Assembly: GCA_945863965.1 (NCBI GenBank)
Contig: CAMBBZ010000001.1
Span: 199-64,198 of the forward strand
Length of the DNA: 64,000 nucleotides
Source: Chitinophaga pinensis
Lineage (GTDB): Bacteria > Bacteroidota > Bacteroidia > NS11-12g > UBA955
Direction of reading: 5' to 3'
Part shown: positions 42,523 to 53,277 of the stretch, in pieces
How positions within the stretch are numbered: position 1 is the stretch's first letter
Layout: each line of letters starts with the position of its first letter
Translations under genes and position numbers: made by a program
The notes under the pieces: model-generated
Database searches by the model: none
Seen by the model: only the letters and a program-made list of their open reading frames with translations
What the model was told of the DNA's origin: nothing

Positions 42523-43125
42523 ATGTACGAATTCATAGAAGGCAACCTCGAATCCCTTACCCCAACTCATGCGGTAATCGAATGCCAAGGCATTGGTTAC
42601 TTGACTCATATAAGTTTAAACACCTTTGAATCCATCAAAGGCAATCCGCGCGTGCGCTTGTTTATAGACCAGGTTTTCAAGGTCGAAAATCAAAATCCCG
42701 TGGCCATACAACTTTATGGCTTTTCAGACCCCGATGAACGGGTGATGTTTCGATTACTAACCTCCATCAGCGGGGTTGGAAATAACACGGCATTGATCAT
42801 GTTGTCGAGTTTAGACCCTGAATCCCTTACACAAGGCATTCTGAGCGGCAACGTTGGACTGTTAAAAAGCATCAAAGGGATAGGCGAAAAAACCGCCCAA
42901 CGGATAGTGCTAGAATTAAGAGATAAGTTAACCGGTAAAAAGTTCGCCGGCAGTTTGCCAGGCATTGGGGGAAGTTCCGACCAAATGAGTGAAGCGTTAA
43001 CCGCTTTAAGCGTTTTAGGTTATCCCAAAGCCGCCGCCGAAAAAGTATTATTACGGGTCAGCAAAGACCTAGGAGGGTTAGCCACCGTTGAGGAATTAAT
43101 CAAAAATTCGTTAAAAATATTATAA
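42523..43125 (+). CDS. ruvA: Holliday junction branch migration protein RuvA
   Basis: LYGF, ISGVG, IKGIGEKTAQRIVLEL, AL..LGY. Confidence 0.96.
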   Translation: MYEFIEGNLESLTPTHAVIECQGIGYLTHISLNTFESIKGNPRVRLFIDQVFKVENQNPVAIQLYGFSDPDERVMFRLLTSISGVGNNTALIMLSSLDPESLTQGILSGNVGLLKSIKGIGEKTAQRIVLELRDKLTGKKFAGSLPGIGGSSDQMSEALTALSVLGYPKAAAEKVLLRVSKDLGGLATVEELIKNSLKIL

Positions 43126-43126
43126 G

Positions 43127-46100
43127 TTGCGCGTTTACGAACAAAATAAAAGCACTTCCCGTTCGGGAATTCGTAGCCAAATAGGTTTGCGACTGCTGGG
43201 TGTAGTTTTATTGTTTTTAATCGCCATTCCTAACGTTTGGAGTCAAACAGATACCTCAAAAAACACATACAAAGTCAAATCGGCGGGCAGCAACGATCCC
43301 AATAAGCAAAATTCAAGTAATATTGACTTAGACGATCCGTTGTTGGTGACTTGGAAATATAACCCCAAGAGTAACCGTTATGAATCGTTTAAACAAGTGG
43401 GATCTTTGAGCTATCCCACAGGCGAATCGCTGTCGGTGACTAAATTTTTCCAACAAAAGAACGCCGAAAATAACGCCGCTTACAATCGTACTAAGTCACA
43501 AAATACCGATTATTCTCAAGCCATAAACAAAGGCGGCATTACCGAATATATTAAGGCGGAACTGGGCAATCCAACCGTTTCCAAGATCTTTGGAGCTGGG
43601 GGTGTCGACTTTCAATTAACCGGATCTGCGATGGTTAAATTGGGGGGTACTATTAACGAATACCGCAATCCTAATTATAGCAAACGCCAACAAAAATATT
43701 TCGTTCCCGTATTTGATCAACAATTACAAATTGCCGCCAATGGCAGTATCGGTGAATTTGTAAAATTGGGAATCAACTATGATACCGAAGCGCAGTTCGA
43801 CTTCGACAATCAAACCAATTTGGGTTGGAAAGGCAAGCCCGATGGGATTTTAAAAGACGTTCAGGTTGGTAACGTAAACCTGAATTTACCCACGCAACTT
43901 ATAAAACCTGCAAATAATTTATTTGGATTTGCGAATAGTATGCAATTTGGGAAAACCACCATCAAAACCGTTTTCTCACAAAATAGAGGTCAGAGTACCG
44001 AAACGGTACTTAAGGGAGGGGCCCAAATGAATGAATTTAAAATGACCGCCGATAACTACGATCAAAATCGGCACTTTTTCTTATCTCAATTCTTCAAAAA
44101 TCAATACGACCAATCCTTAGAAAACCTACCCATCGTAGCCAGCGGCGTTATTATTAACCGAGTTGAAGTCTGGATTACCAATCGAAATGCCAATGTTGAA
44201 ACCCCACGAGATATTTTATGTTTCCAAGATTTAGGGGAATCAAAACCCTATCGCAGCTCGCTTGGTGGCAGTCCGAATCCCGCTTCTGATAATACTTCGA
44301 ATGGCCTATTTTCTAGCATCCAAAATAACGATGCCATGCGCAGACTTGGTTCTGCTATTGATGAAACCTACCGGGTATTTCCCAATTTCGAACAAACCGT
44401 AGATTTTGACCTGTTGAACTATGCGCGTCAGCTGAAGAATACCGAATACACATTGAACACACAATTGGGCTATATTTCCTTAACCCAACCCTTGAATAAC
44501 GACGAAATATTAGCCGTTGCCTTCGAATATACCCATAACGGCAATACCTATCAAGTAGGAGAATTCTCGCGCGATATTCCCCCAGGAGATCAGCGTTTGT
44601 TGTATTTAAAGATGTTAAAAGGGAATACCATTCGCACCCAATTGCCGATATGGGATTTAATGATGAAAAACATCTACAGTCTTAACACGTATTCCTTAAG
44701 TTTAGAAGATTTTAAATTCAATGTCATTTACGCCGATGATACCTCCGGAGCCGATTACAATTATATGCCGGTGGGAACGGCAAACTTACCCCAATTGGCC
44801 AATGGATTGCCACTCATTCGGGTACTAGGGTTAGACAAGCTAAACCGGCAACAGGAAGCAAAACCCGATGGGATTTTTGATGCTATTGAGGGAATTACGA
44901 TTGAAAAAAAGACCGCCCGAATCATCTTCCCCGTGGTGGAGCCGTTCGGCGACTTCCTCCGAAAAAAGTTTGAAGACCGCGGCGATTTGGCCGATTTCTA
45001 TTGCTTTGATGCGCTTTACGACTCTACCAAGTTTTTGGCCAAGCAAGATGTTAAACACAATAAGTTTTTCCTGCAAGGAAGTTTTAAAAGTTCCAATGGC
45101 GCGGAGTTATTCTTAGGAACTACTAATTTACAAAGGGGCTCGGTGCGGGTTACGGCCAACGGTCGACCCTTGCAAGAGGGTATGGATTACGAGGTGGATT
45201 ATGCGATGGGCCGAGTGCGGATTATTAATCAAGGCTTGTTGCAAGGCGGTGCGGAGATTCGGGCGTCGGCAGATGGACAAAGCATGTTCAATATCCAACA
45301 AAAAACCCTTTTGGGAGGTCGGGTAGAACATAAATACTCCAAAAATCTTCAGATTGGTGGTACCCTTTTACATATGTACGAAAGGCCGCTGACCTCAAAA
45401 ACAAATTTCAATGAAGAACCCCTTTTGAATACCATTTTTGGTGCCGATTTGGCTTATAGTTCTAAATCGCGTTTTTTAACCAAACTGATTGATAAGCTGC
45501 CCTTCCTTGAAACCAAAGAAATCTCCAATGTTACGGCGTATGCCGAATTTGCACAAATCATACCCGGCAATCACCGCTCTCAAGGGGATGAACGAGGCGT
45601 TTCCAATTTAGAAGATTTTGAAGCTGCGGAATTGCAAAATGACTTTAAAGTAGTAGGTAACTGGACCGTAGCGAGTATCCCCCAAAAACAACCCGATTTA
45701 TTTCCAGATGCTTCATTAACCGACAAATTCCATTGGCTTGATAAGCACGCGAATTTAAGCTACTACACCATCGACCAATTATTTTATAGGGATGCAGATA
45801 TGCCCCCGAATATTCAAAATCGGGTTGATGAAATTCTCTCGAACCCGTACATGCGTCAAGTTGACCAACGGGAGGTATTCCCAGAGCGTAATTTCCCACA
45901 GGGTACCCCTACCATACTGCCCACGCTCGATTTGGCATTTGATCCGTACACAAGGGGTTTGTATAACTACAATTTTAACGATGCGGATATCGACAGCGAC
46001 GGCCGTTTGCTCAATCCCCGCAAAAGCTGGGCCGGCATCATGCGCCGCGTTGATCAGAACGATTTCGAGGCCGCCAATATTGATTACGTAGAAATCTGGC

Positions 46101-49100
46101 TCATGGATCCACTAATGGATAATCCGAATTTACAAGGCGAACTCTTGTTTCACTTGGGAAATGTGAGCGAAGATATTTTGCCCGATCGCAGAAAATCATT
46201 TGAGAACGGCTTGCCTTCACAGGTAGGCAATAAGGAAGAAATTGACACCACCCAATTCGGTTTCATTGGCACCAGTCCACAAATCAATTTTGCTTTCGAC
46301 AACGACCCTAACAGCAGACAACGTCAAGATTTAGGTCTTGATGGCATGAGCGACGAGGAGGAACTTGCCTTTTTTGATAGTGTTTATATCAAACAATTGG
46401 AATTGAATTTCGGCAATACGAGCAAAATTTATCAAGACGCGAAAAAGGATCCGTCAAATGATAATTTCTTACATTACCTAGAGGAATCTTACAACCAAAG
46501 CGATGCTGATATTGTACAACGCTATGGCCGATATCAAGGCATGCAAGGGAACAATTCCACAGAAACATTCACAGGTCAATACTCGGATATGCCAAAATCT
46601 TCATCCACACAGCCGGATTATGAAGATATTAACCGCGATTTTACCATGAATCAAAGCGAAGATTATTATCAGTATCGCGTGAAAATTTCAGCCGCCGACT
46701 TGCAAATAGGTCGCAATTTCGTATCCGATATCGCAAGCAATAATATCACACTGCGCAACGGTCAGCAGAAAGAAATAAAATGGTATCAATTAAAGATCCC
46801 GATTCGAGAATTCGAAAAAGCATACGGTAATATTTCTGATTTCAAGAGCATCCGTTTTATGCGCATGGTAGTGACCCAATTCAATGATCCCGCCGTTTTG
46901 AGATTTGGCTATATTAATATGGTTCGTGCCGATTGGCGTCGTTATACCAATTCTCTGAAAAATCCCGGCGTGATTGTTCCTGCCGACCCTAACGACGGCA
47001 CTAAATTCGTAGTCAGCACCGTTAATTTAGAAGAAAATAGCAAAAGAAGTCCCATTGCCTATGTAGCCCCTCCTGGAATCGAGCGGGTTCAAAATATGGC
47101 CAGTTTGGGGACGGTTTTAGAAAACGAACAAGCTCTTTCCCTAGTTACCTGTAACTTAATGCCTGGCGACGCTCGTGGTGCCTTTAAAACCGTGCAATAC
47201 GATATCCGCAACTATTCACGTATGCAAATGTTTGTACACGCTGAAGAGTCTGAACCCAATACCATCCTAGACGGTGAAGTGTCTGTAATTATGCGTTTTG
47301 GTACAGATTTGACCAATAACTATTATGAATATGAGGTGCCGTTAAAAATGACACGCGGTTTTATTAGTTCGAATACCTCGGGCGCCGATAACCTCATTTG
47401 GCCTAATGACAATCTCATAGATTTAGAATTTCAAAAGCTGTATGACTTAAAGATTGATCGACAGAATAATGCCTGGCCTATGACGGCACCGTATATAAAG
47501 CCCATAGAAAAAGGGAAAATTACGGTTATGGGTTTGCCCGATTTAAGCAACGTGCGGGTTATGATGATAGGGCTCAAAAACAACAGCCCCACACCGAAAT
47601 GTTTTGAAATATGGACCAATGAACTTCGAGTAAAAGACATTGCCAACTCAGGCGGTTGGGCCGCTCTTGCCAATTTACAAGCACAACTCGCAGATTTTGG
47701 TCAGTTAAACCTATCGGGTTCTATTCGAACTATCGGATTTGGAGATGTAGACAAAAAGCTCAATGACCGCAGTTTAACCAATAACTACAATTACGACATT
47801 GCCTCCAACTTAGAGTTAGGCAAGTTTTTCCCTGTCACCGCAGGGGTGAGTATTCCCATGTATGTAGGTTGGTCTGAAAGTTTTGTAAGACCTAAATTCA
47901 ATCCCCTTAATCCCGACATTAACTTAGAAAATTATCTGTCCGCCCTCTCTTCAGAAACCATAAGAGAATCTATCAGAAAAGCGGCAGAAGACTATAACTC
48001 TCTTTTCAGTTTCAATATAAACAACTTTAAGGTAGCCACACCTGGAAATAAAAAACCGATGCCTTGGTCGGCATCTAACTTTAACGGCAGTTATAGTTAT
48101 CAGAGTAATTACCGCCGCAACCAACAGATTGAAGAATACTTTATCAATACGACACAAGCCACTTTGGGATATGCCTATTCTATAAACACCAAATTCATAA
48201 CCCCATTCAAACAACTCAAAAGCAAACATTTACAACTGATACGAGACATTAACTTCAATATTTTGCCCTCCTCGTTCACGTCTCAAATGCAATTGAATCG
48301 GTTATACAGCGAAAACCAAGCCCGAAATAACAACAACTTTAAGCAAGTAAATCCGCGGTTATTTGATAAGAATTTTACATTAAACAGAAATTACAATACC
48401 GCAATTCCCTTAACGCGTAGCATTAACTTGAATTACGTAGCCAATGTAGAGGCGCGTATAGAAGAACCTTTCGGGAAAATTGATTCCAGAGAAAAACAGG
48501 ATTCCGTGCTATCCGAATTTAAAGGATTTGGACGCACCAGCCGATTCTATCAATCGGTGAATCTTACCTATACCCTGCCATTTTCTAAAATTGGCTGGCT
48601 CAAATGGATTAATGCCAGCGCTACCTATAACGGTAGTTTCGAATGGCGAATGGCTCCACCCGCTTTCACCACGCTTGGAAATACATTACAAAATAGTCAA
48701 GATATTAACGTCACCTCCCAGTTCAATTTCACGCAACTCTACACGAAAATTCCTTGGCTACGCGATTATCGCAAACCCACACGGGTATCAGAAAAACCGG
48801 ATGCCGATGATCTCGACGACGATAAAAACGCAAGTGCTTTAAAGCGGGGTAAAACAAGTATGAAACCTCCCCACCCTCTGAAAATTATTGTGGGTGACTT
48901 TTTGACCATGTTTAAAAATGCCAACGTGAATGTGAACCAAAAAGACAATAATCAATTACCTGGTTTTGCACATCGACCTGATTATTTTGGTTTCAATTTC
49001 CGACACTTAGAACCTGGAATTGGATATGCGTTTGGCTTGCAAGATCCGAATATGCGGTACAAGATGGCCGAAAGTGGCTCCTTGCGCAACGACACCCGTC

Positions 49101-50242
49101 AAGCTAATTTTTATCAAAGTAATTTTACCCGCAACATTTCCGGTAACGTTACCATCGAACCGCTGAAAGATTTCCGAATCCGATTGAGTTTCCTCAGAAA
49201 CGAAACCAAAGGCGTACAAAGTGTTTTCAAATATGACGGGACCCAATGGATGGATCAAGGCTTAACAGAAACGGGTATGTTCTCAATTTCAGGTATGTTT
49301 CTTTCTACGCACTTCGTGAAGGACATTTCCCAAAATGAAAATCATCCCAATCCTGTTTTTGATGCGTTTTTGGCCAATCGATATACGGTGGCGAGCCGAC
49401 TTCAATTGCAAGATTCTCGCATCGGGGCTACTTTAATTGATTCGGCTACTGGATTTCCAATGGCTTACAGCAAAACGTCGCAAGACGTAATTTTAGGCGG
49501 TTTCTACGCTGCCTACAGTGGTTTAGATGTAGGTCGTACCGAATTGGGCATTTTCCCTACTTTGCCTATGCCCAATTGGAATATTGACTACAACGGACTT
49601 TCGAAATTGCCCTTTTTAGAGGATATATTTACCAATATCAATATTAAACACGCCTATAAAGGCACGTATTCCGTTGGTAATTATCAACGCAACTTGAAAT
49701 TTGACAAAACCGCTGCCCCGGAATCTGGCACTGATTTTATTCCCTTATATCAAATTGCTGACGTAACCATCTCAGAAGGTTTCTTCCCACTCATTGGATT
49801 AAACTTCACGACTAAAAACAACTGGACACTCGGAATGGAATACAAGCGTAATCGTATATTGAAATTATTCGCTTCAAGTTTCAACCTTACAGAAATGCGC
49901 CAAAATGAATTCACGTTAAATGCCGGTTACCGCGTTACTGGATTAACGCTACCCATAAAACGAAAAGGACGTCGTATTTTCCTACCTAATGATTTCCGTT
50001 TCGACTTAGCCATAAGCATCAGCGACAATACCACCATCATTCGCAAAATAGATGTCAATGTGAACCGATATACCGCGGGTATGATGAACATACGAATTAA
50101 TCCCTCCATAACGTATCAAATCAATCAGAAAATAAACTTGGCCGCTCGATACAATCGAAATATCATGGATCCAAAAATCGCAACCCAATTTTATACCTCA
50201 TTAACCGACTTTGGTATTGAATTGCGCTATACGTTTAACTAA
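43127..50242 (+). CDS. sprA: T9SS outer-membrane translocon SprA/Sov
   Basis: 2371 aa; YDQNRHFFL, WDLMMKNIY, DFEAANIDYVEIWLMDP, DFKSIRFMRM, LADFG; terminal LRYTFN barrel signal; follows ruvA. Exact start uncertain. Confidence 0.95.
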   Translation: MRVYEQNKSTSRSGIRSQIGLRLLGVVLLFLIAIPNVWSQTDTSKNTYKVKSAGSNDPNKQNSSNIDLDDPLLVTWKYNPKSNRYESFKQVGSLSYPTGESLSVTKFFQQKNAENNAAYNRTKSQNTDYSQAINKGGITEYIKAELGNPTVSKIFGAGGVDFQLTGSAMVKLGGTINEYRNPNYSKRQQKYFVPVFDQQLQIAANGSIGEFVKLGINYDTEAQFDFDNQTNLGWKGKPDGILKDVQVGNVNLNLPTQLIKPANNLFGFANSMQFGKTTIKTVFSQNRGQSTETVLKGGAQMNEFKMTADNYDQNRHFFLSQFFKNQYDQSLENLPIVASGVIINRVEVWITNRNANVETPRDILCFQDLGESKPYRSSLGGSPNPASDNTSNGLFSSIQNNDAMRRLGSAIDETYRVFPNFEQTVDFDLLNYARQLKNTEYTLNTQLGYISLTQPLNNDEILAVAFEYTHNGNTYQVGEFSRDIPPGDQRLLYLKMLKGNTIRTQLPIWDLMMKNIYSLNTYSLSLEDFKFNVIYADDTSGADYNYMPVGTANLPQLANGLPLIRVLGLDKLNRQQEAKPDGIFDAIEGITIEKKTARIIFPVVEPFGDFLRKKFEDRGDLADFYCFDALYDSTKFLAKQDVKHNKFFLQGSFKSSNGAELFLGTTNLQRGSVRVTANGRPLQEGMDYEVDYAMGRVRIINQGLLQGGAEIRASADGQSMFNIQQKTLLGGRVEHKYSKNLQIGGTLLHMYERPLTSKTNFNEEPLLNTIFGADLAYSSKSRFLTKLIDKLPFLETKEISNVTAYAEFAQIIPGNHRSQGDERGVSNLEDFEAAELQNDFKVVGNWTVASIPQKQPDLFPDASLTDKFHWLDKHANLSYYTIDQLFYRDADMPPNIQNRVDEILSNPYMRQVDQREVFPERNFPQGTPTILPTLDLAFDPYTRGLYNYNFNDADIDSDGRLLNPRKSWAGIMRRVDQNDFEAANIDYVEIWLMDPLMDNPNLQGELLFHLGNVSEDILPDRRKSFENGLPSQVGNKEEIDTTQFGFIGTSPQINFAFDNDPNSRQRQDLGLDGMSDEEELAFFDSVYIKQLELNFGNTSKIYQDAKKDPSNDNFLHYLEESYNQSDADIVQRYGRYQGMQGNNSTETFTGQYSDMPKSSSTQPDYEDINRDFTMNQSEDYYQYRVKISAADLQIGRNFVSDIASNNITLRNGQQKEIKWYQLKIPIREFEKAYGNISDFKSIRFMRMVVTQFNDPAVLRFGYINMVRADWRRYTNSLKNPGVIVPADPNDGTKFVVSTVNLEENSKRSPIAYVAPPGIERVQNMASLGTVLENEQALSLVTCNLMPGDARGAFKTVQYDIRNYSRMQMFVHAEESEPNTILDGEVSVIMRFGTDLTNNYYEYEVPLKMTRGFISSNTSGADNLIWPNDNLIDLEFQKLYDLKIDRQNNAWPMTAPYIKPIEKGKITVMGLPDLSNVRVMMIGLKNNSPTPKCFEIWTNELRVKDIANSGGWAALANLQAQLADFGQLNLSGSIRTIGFGDVDKKLNDRSLTNNYNYDIASNLELGKFFPVTAGVSIPMYVGWSESFVRPKFNPLNPDINLENYLSALSSETIRESIRKAAEDYNSLFSFNINNFKVATPGNKKPMPWSASNFNGSYSYQSNYRRNQQIEEYFINTTQATLGYAYSINTKFITPFKQLKSKHLQLIRDINFNILPSSFTSQMQLNRLYSENQARNNNNFKQVNPRLFDKNFTLNRNYNTAIPLTRSINLNYVANVEARIEEPFGKIDSREKQDSVLSEFKGFGRTSRFYQSVNLTYTLPFSKIGWLKWINASATYNGSFEWRMAPPAFTTLGNTLQNSQDINVTSQFNFTQLYTKIPWLRDYRKPTRVSEKPDADDLDDDKNASALKRGKTSMKPPHPLKIIVGDFLTMFKNANVNVNQKDNNQLPGFAHRPDYFGFNFRHLEPGIGYAFGLQDPNMRYKMAESGSLRNDTRQANFYQSNFTRNISGNVTIEPLKDFRIRLSFLRNETKGVQSVFKYDGTQWMDQGLTETGMFSISGMFLSTHFVKDISQNENHPNPVFDAFLANRYTVASRLQLQDSRIGATLIDSATGFPMAYSKTSQDVILGGFYAAYSGLDVGRTELGIFPTLPMPNWNIDYNGLSKLPFLEDIFTNINIKHAYKGTYSVGNYQRNLKFDKTAAPESGTDFIPLYQIADVTISEGFFPLIGLNFTTKNNWTLGMEYKRNRILKLFASSFNLTEMRQNEFTLNAGYRVTGLTLPIKRKGRRIFLPNDFRFDLAISISDNTTIIRKIDVNVNRYTAGMMNIRINPSITYQINQKINLAARYNRNIMDPKIATQFYTSLTDFGIELRYTFN

Positions 50243-52503
50243 TGGAACCCTATAGAAAAATCCAATCGCGCATCCTTTTTTTTCTCTTGGGAAACCTAAT
50301 TTTCGGTAATGCAATTCTTAACGCACAAAACCAATTATTGATTCCAACGGGTTCTTGGCGCACCCACCTAAGTTACCACGCCCCTAAATTTTGTCAGGCC
50401 ACTCAGAAATATGTGTATGCCGCTACCGACAATGGTTTGTGGCGAACGGATAATTTCGGACAGATGACGGTATTGCGCAAAACAGATGGGTTTTGGGCAA
50501 ATGAAATCACGGCTATGAAGTTCAATGCCGAAAAAAACATCTTGGTTTTGGGTTATATAGACGGGGGAATTGACTTACTGCTCAACGATCAAAAAATAGT
50601 CCCAGTGATGGGCTTTAGAAACAAACCCCAGCAGGGAAACAAGCAAATCAATTCCATTTCCTTTATTGGGAATGATGCGATTATTGCAACAGAATTTGGC
50701 ATTTTAATTCTTGATCTTAGTAAATATGAAATTCGGGATAGTTATACGTCCATTGGAGAATTCGGAAAACAAGAAGCCATCAAAAGCGCTTGTGTCGTGG
50801 CAGACTCCATTTATGTAGCCACGCTCGAGGGAATACGCCGAGCTCCTTGGAATCCTTTTGTAAACCTGAACGACTATCAGCAATGGCAAAATTTCAAAGA
50901 AATTCCCCTGCCCCGTTTTTTACACAATTACAACGATTCCCTTATATTCGAATCTGGTAACATCGTTTATTCCTACTTCCTCGGCTCCATTAAAGTCCTT
51001 ACCAATGGCACCGAAGCCGTTGCGGATATATTCACCAATACCCAAGGCCTGCACATATTTAGACCCGGTAGCATTACGAATTTCAATCAAGGCGCTGTCA
51101 AAACGCTATACATTAATCTTGTGGTTAGTGCCACCCAAGCTCAAGATGGTAATTATTGGTTTTGCACAGGATTAAAAACCGGTATTATCAAAAAAGACCC
51201 CAACGGAGAACTTTCATTCCGACCTAATGGTCCGCCGAACCGCTCTATTTTTAACATGACGCAGTCTGGAAATACCCTGCTCAGCGCAGGCGGCGGTGTA
51301 AGTGCCACATTTGGAAACGCCTTCAATACCGCTGGGTATTATTTATACAATCAAGACGGTTGGAGGAGCGAACTCCCTTCCAACTTTAGCCGCAATTTAT
51401 ACGACTTTATTTTTGTGGCCCACAATCCACTAAACGACCGCTATTACGCGGCCAGTCATAGTTTTGGAATGATCGAGTTTTCCCAAGGAAACATAACCGC
51501 ACGTTTTGATGAAACCAATTCCCCCCTGAAACGAATTAACGACAGTATGTTTATCCATATTGGCGGAATGGATATCGATTCAAAAGGTGGTTTATGGCTA
51601 GTTAACAGAAATAACAATAAGGCATTACTCTACAAAAACGCGGCAGGTACTTGGTTTTCACTGAACATGAGAAACAACGAAAACGACGTTATTGGATTGC
51701 ACATCGATAACCTCGATCGCAAGTGGTTTATCATGCAAGGTGGCGGTATTTGGGTATTTCACGAAGGGGCCGACATTAACAGTCCTACAGACGACAAATG
51801 GATTAAAATACTCCAAAACAATGGCCTAGTAAGCAATCAAGTGCTTTCCATCAAAAGCGATAAGAACGATTATGTTTGGATAGGAACCAATCAAGGACTC
51901 AATGTATTCACCGGTAGAGATCCTTTTGTAAACCCTAAAATTGATCGTTTTATCGTAGAACAAGACGGATCTGTAGGCTATTTAATGGGTGAAGAGTATA
52001 TCCGCGATATATTGGTCGACGGAGGCAACCGAAAATGGTTTGCCACCACCAACGGTGTTTTTTGCATCGATGAGTACGGCCAACGGGTTATTAAACATTT
52101 CACCAAGGAAAACAGTCCGCTGCTATCGAACCGCACTATTTGTCTAGGTCAAGTAGATTACTCCTCAGAACTCTTTATAGGTACCGATTTCGGAATTATA
52201 TCCTACCAAAACGATGCCGGTAACGGCAATAACACCTTCGGAGAAATAAAGGTTTATCCCAATCCTGTTTATCCAAAATACGAAGGCGATATCACAATTG
52301 ATGGATTGGCGCAAAATTCAGAAGTCCGCATTGCCGACGTGCAAGGCCGCGTGGTATTTCAAACTAAATCGAACGGAAGCAAAGCCATTTGGAATGGATT
52401 GCGCTTAGATGGCACCCGCCCGAATAGTGGCGTGTATTTTATTTTTGCCATTAACCAAGACGGCACAGAAACCGCTTTGGGGAAATTTGTTTTTATTCAA
52501 TAA
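50242..52503 (+). CDS. porZ: T9SS component PorZ (two beta-propellers plus CTD)
   Basis: IPTGSWRTHLSY N-terminus, VDGGNRKWFAT.NGV, FTKENSPLLSN, and a C-terminal VYPNPV...SGVY T9SS CTD. Confidence 0.88.
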   Translation: MEPYRKIQSRILFFLLGNLIFGNAILNAQNQLLIPTGSWRTHLSYHAPKFCQATQKYVYAATDNGLWRTDNFGQMTVLRKTDGFWANEITAMKFNAEKNILVLGYIDGGIDLLLNDQKIVPVMGFRNKPQQGNKQINSISFIGNDAIIATEFGILILDLSKYEIRDSYTSIGEFGKQEAIKSACVVADSIYVATLEGIRRAPWNPFVNLNDYQQWQNFKEIPLPRFLHNYNDSLIFESGNIVYSYFLGSIKVLTNGTEAVADIFTNTQGLHIFRPGSITNFNQGAVKTLYINLVVSATQAQDGNYWFCTGLKTGIIKKDPNGELSFRPNGPPNRSIFNMTQSGNTLLSAGGGVSATFGNAFNTAGYYLYNQDGWRSELPSNFSRNLYDFIFVAHNPLNDRYYAASHSFGMIEFSQGNITARFDETNSPLKRINDSMFIHIGGMDIDSKGGLWLVNRNNNKALLYKNAAGTWFSLNMRNNENDVIGLHIDNLDRKWFIMQGGGIWVFHEGADINSPTDDKWIKILQNNGLVSNQVLSIKSDKNDYVWIGTNQGLNVFTGRDPFVNPKIDRFIVEQDGSVGYLMGEEYIRDILVDGGNRKWFATTNGVFCIDEYGQRVIKHFTKENSPLLSNRTICLGQVDYSSELFIGTDFGIISYQNDAGNGNNTFGEIKVYPNPVYPKYEGDITIDGLAQNSEVRIADVQGRVVFQTKSNGSKAIWNGLRLDGTRPNSGVYFIFAINQDGTETALGKFVFIQ

Positions 52504-53275
52504 CAACCTTTAGGCCGTCATAAGCCAAATCGATGCCATCGGGTAATTCCGAACACACTGCATCGTGGAAGCCTATTTGGTGACTCATATGCGTAAAATA
52601 GGTTTGCTTGGCCCCTATTCCCAATGCCAATTCGGTGGCTTCTTCGAGGGTAAAATGGCTAATATGTGGCGTTCTGCGCAGCGCATTCAACACCAATACT
52701 TCCACGCCCACTAATTTGGCTAATTCTTGCTCCGATATAAAATTGGCATCGGTGATATAGGCAAACTTCCCAAAACGAAATCCCAAAACAGGCAATCTAT
52801 AATGCAGCACTTCTATAGGTTCAATAGGCAATCCAATTACCTCAAAAGGCTCATTTTCATGTATGAGATGAAAATCAACCAATGGAATTCCAGGATAGGG
52901 AACCTCTTGGAAAAAATAACTGTATTGGAGCTTAAAGGCATCTAGCACCCGTTTATGACAATAAACGGGAATGCGTTTTTGATTGTGATTGAAATTAATC
53001 GGACGAACGTCATCGAGTCCGCCGGTATGATCGCGATGTTCATGGGTGAATAGTACCGCATCTATGTCGTTAATACCCTCCCGTAATAATTGATACCGAA
53101 AGTCAGGCCCGGTATCGATGACAAGACTTTTATCTTTGTATTGCAGATAAATGCTGCTTCTTAAACGTTTATCCTTAGGGTTTTGACTCAAACACACGTC
53201 GCACTTACACCCAATTGGAGGAACCCCTTGAGATGTACCCGTACCTAAAAACGTTACCGTAAGCGCTTCGCTCAT
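52493..53275 (-). CDS. MBL-fold metallo-hydrolase (PhnP/YycJ-like)
   Basis: FLGTGTSQGVP, IDTGPDFR, THEHRDHTGGLDD, THMSH, AYDG. Confidence 0.93.
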   Translation of the reverse strand: MSEALTVTFLGTGTSQGVPPIGCKCDVCLSQNPKDKRLRSSIYLQYKDKSLVIDTGPDFRYQLLREGINDIDAVLFTHEHRDHTGGLDDVRPINFNHNQKRIPVYCHKRVLDAFKLQYSYFFQEVPYPGIPLVDFHLIHENEPFEVIGLPIEPIEVLHYRLPVLGFRFGKFAYITDANFISEQELAKLVGVEVLVLNALRRTPHISHFTLEEATELALGIGAKQTYFTHMSHQIGFHDAVCSELPDGIDLAYDGLKVVIE

Positions 53276-53277
53276 GC

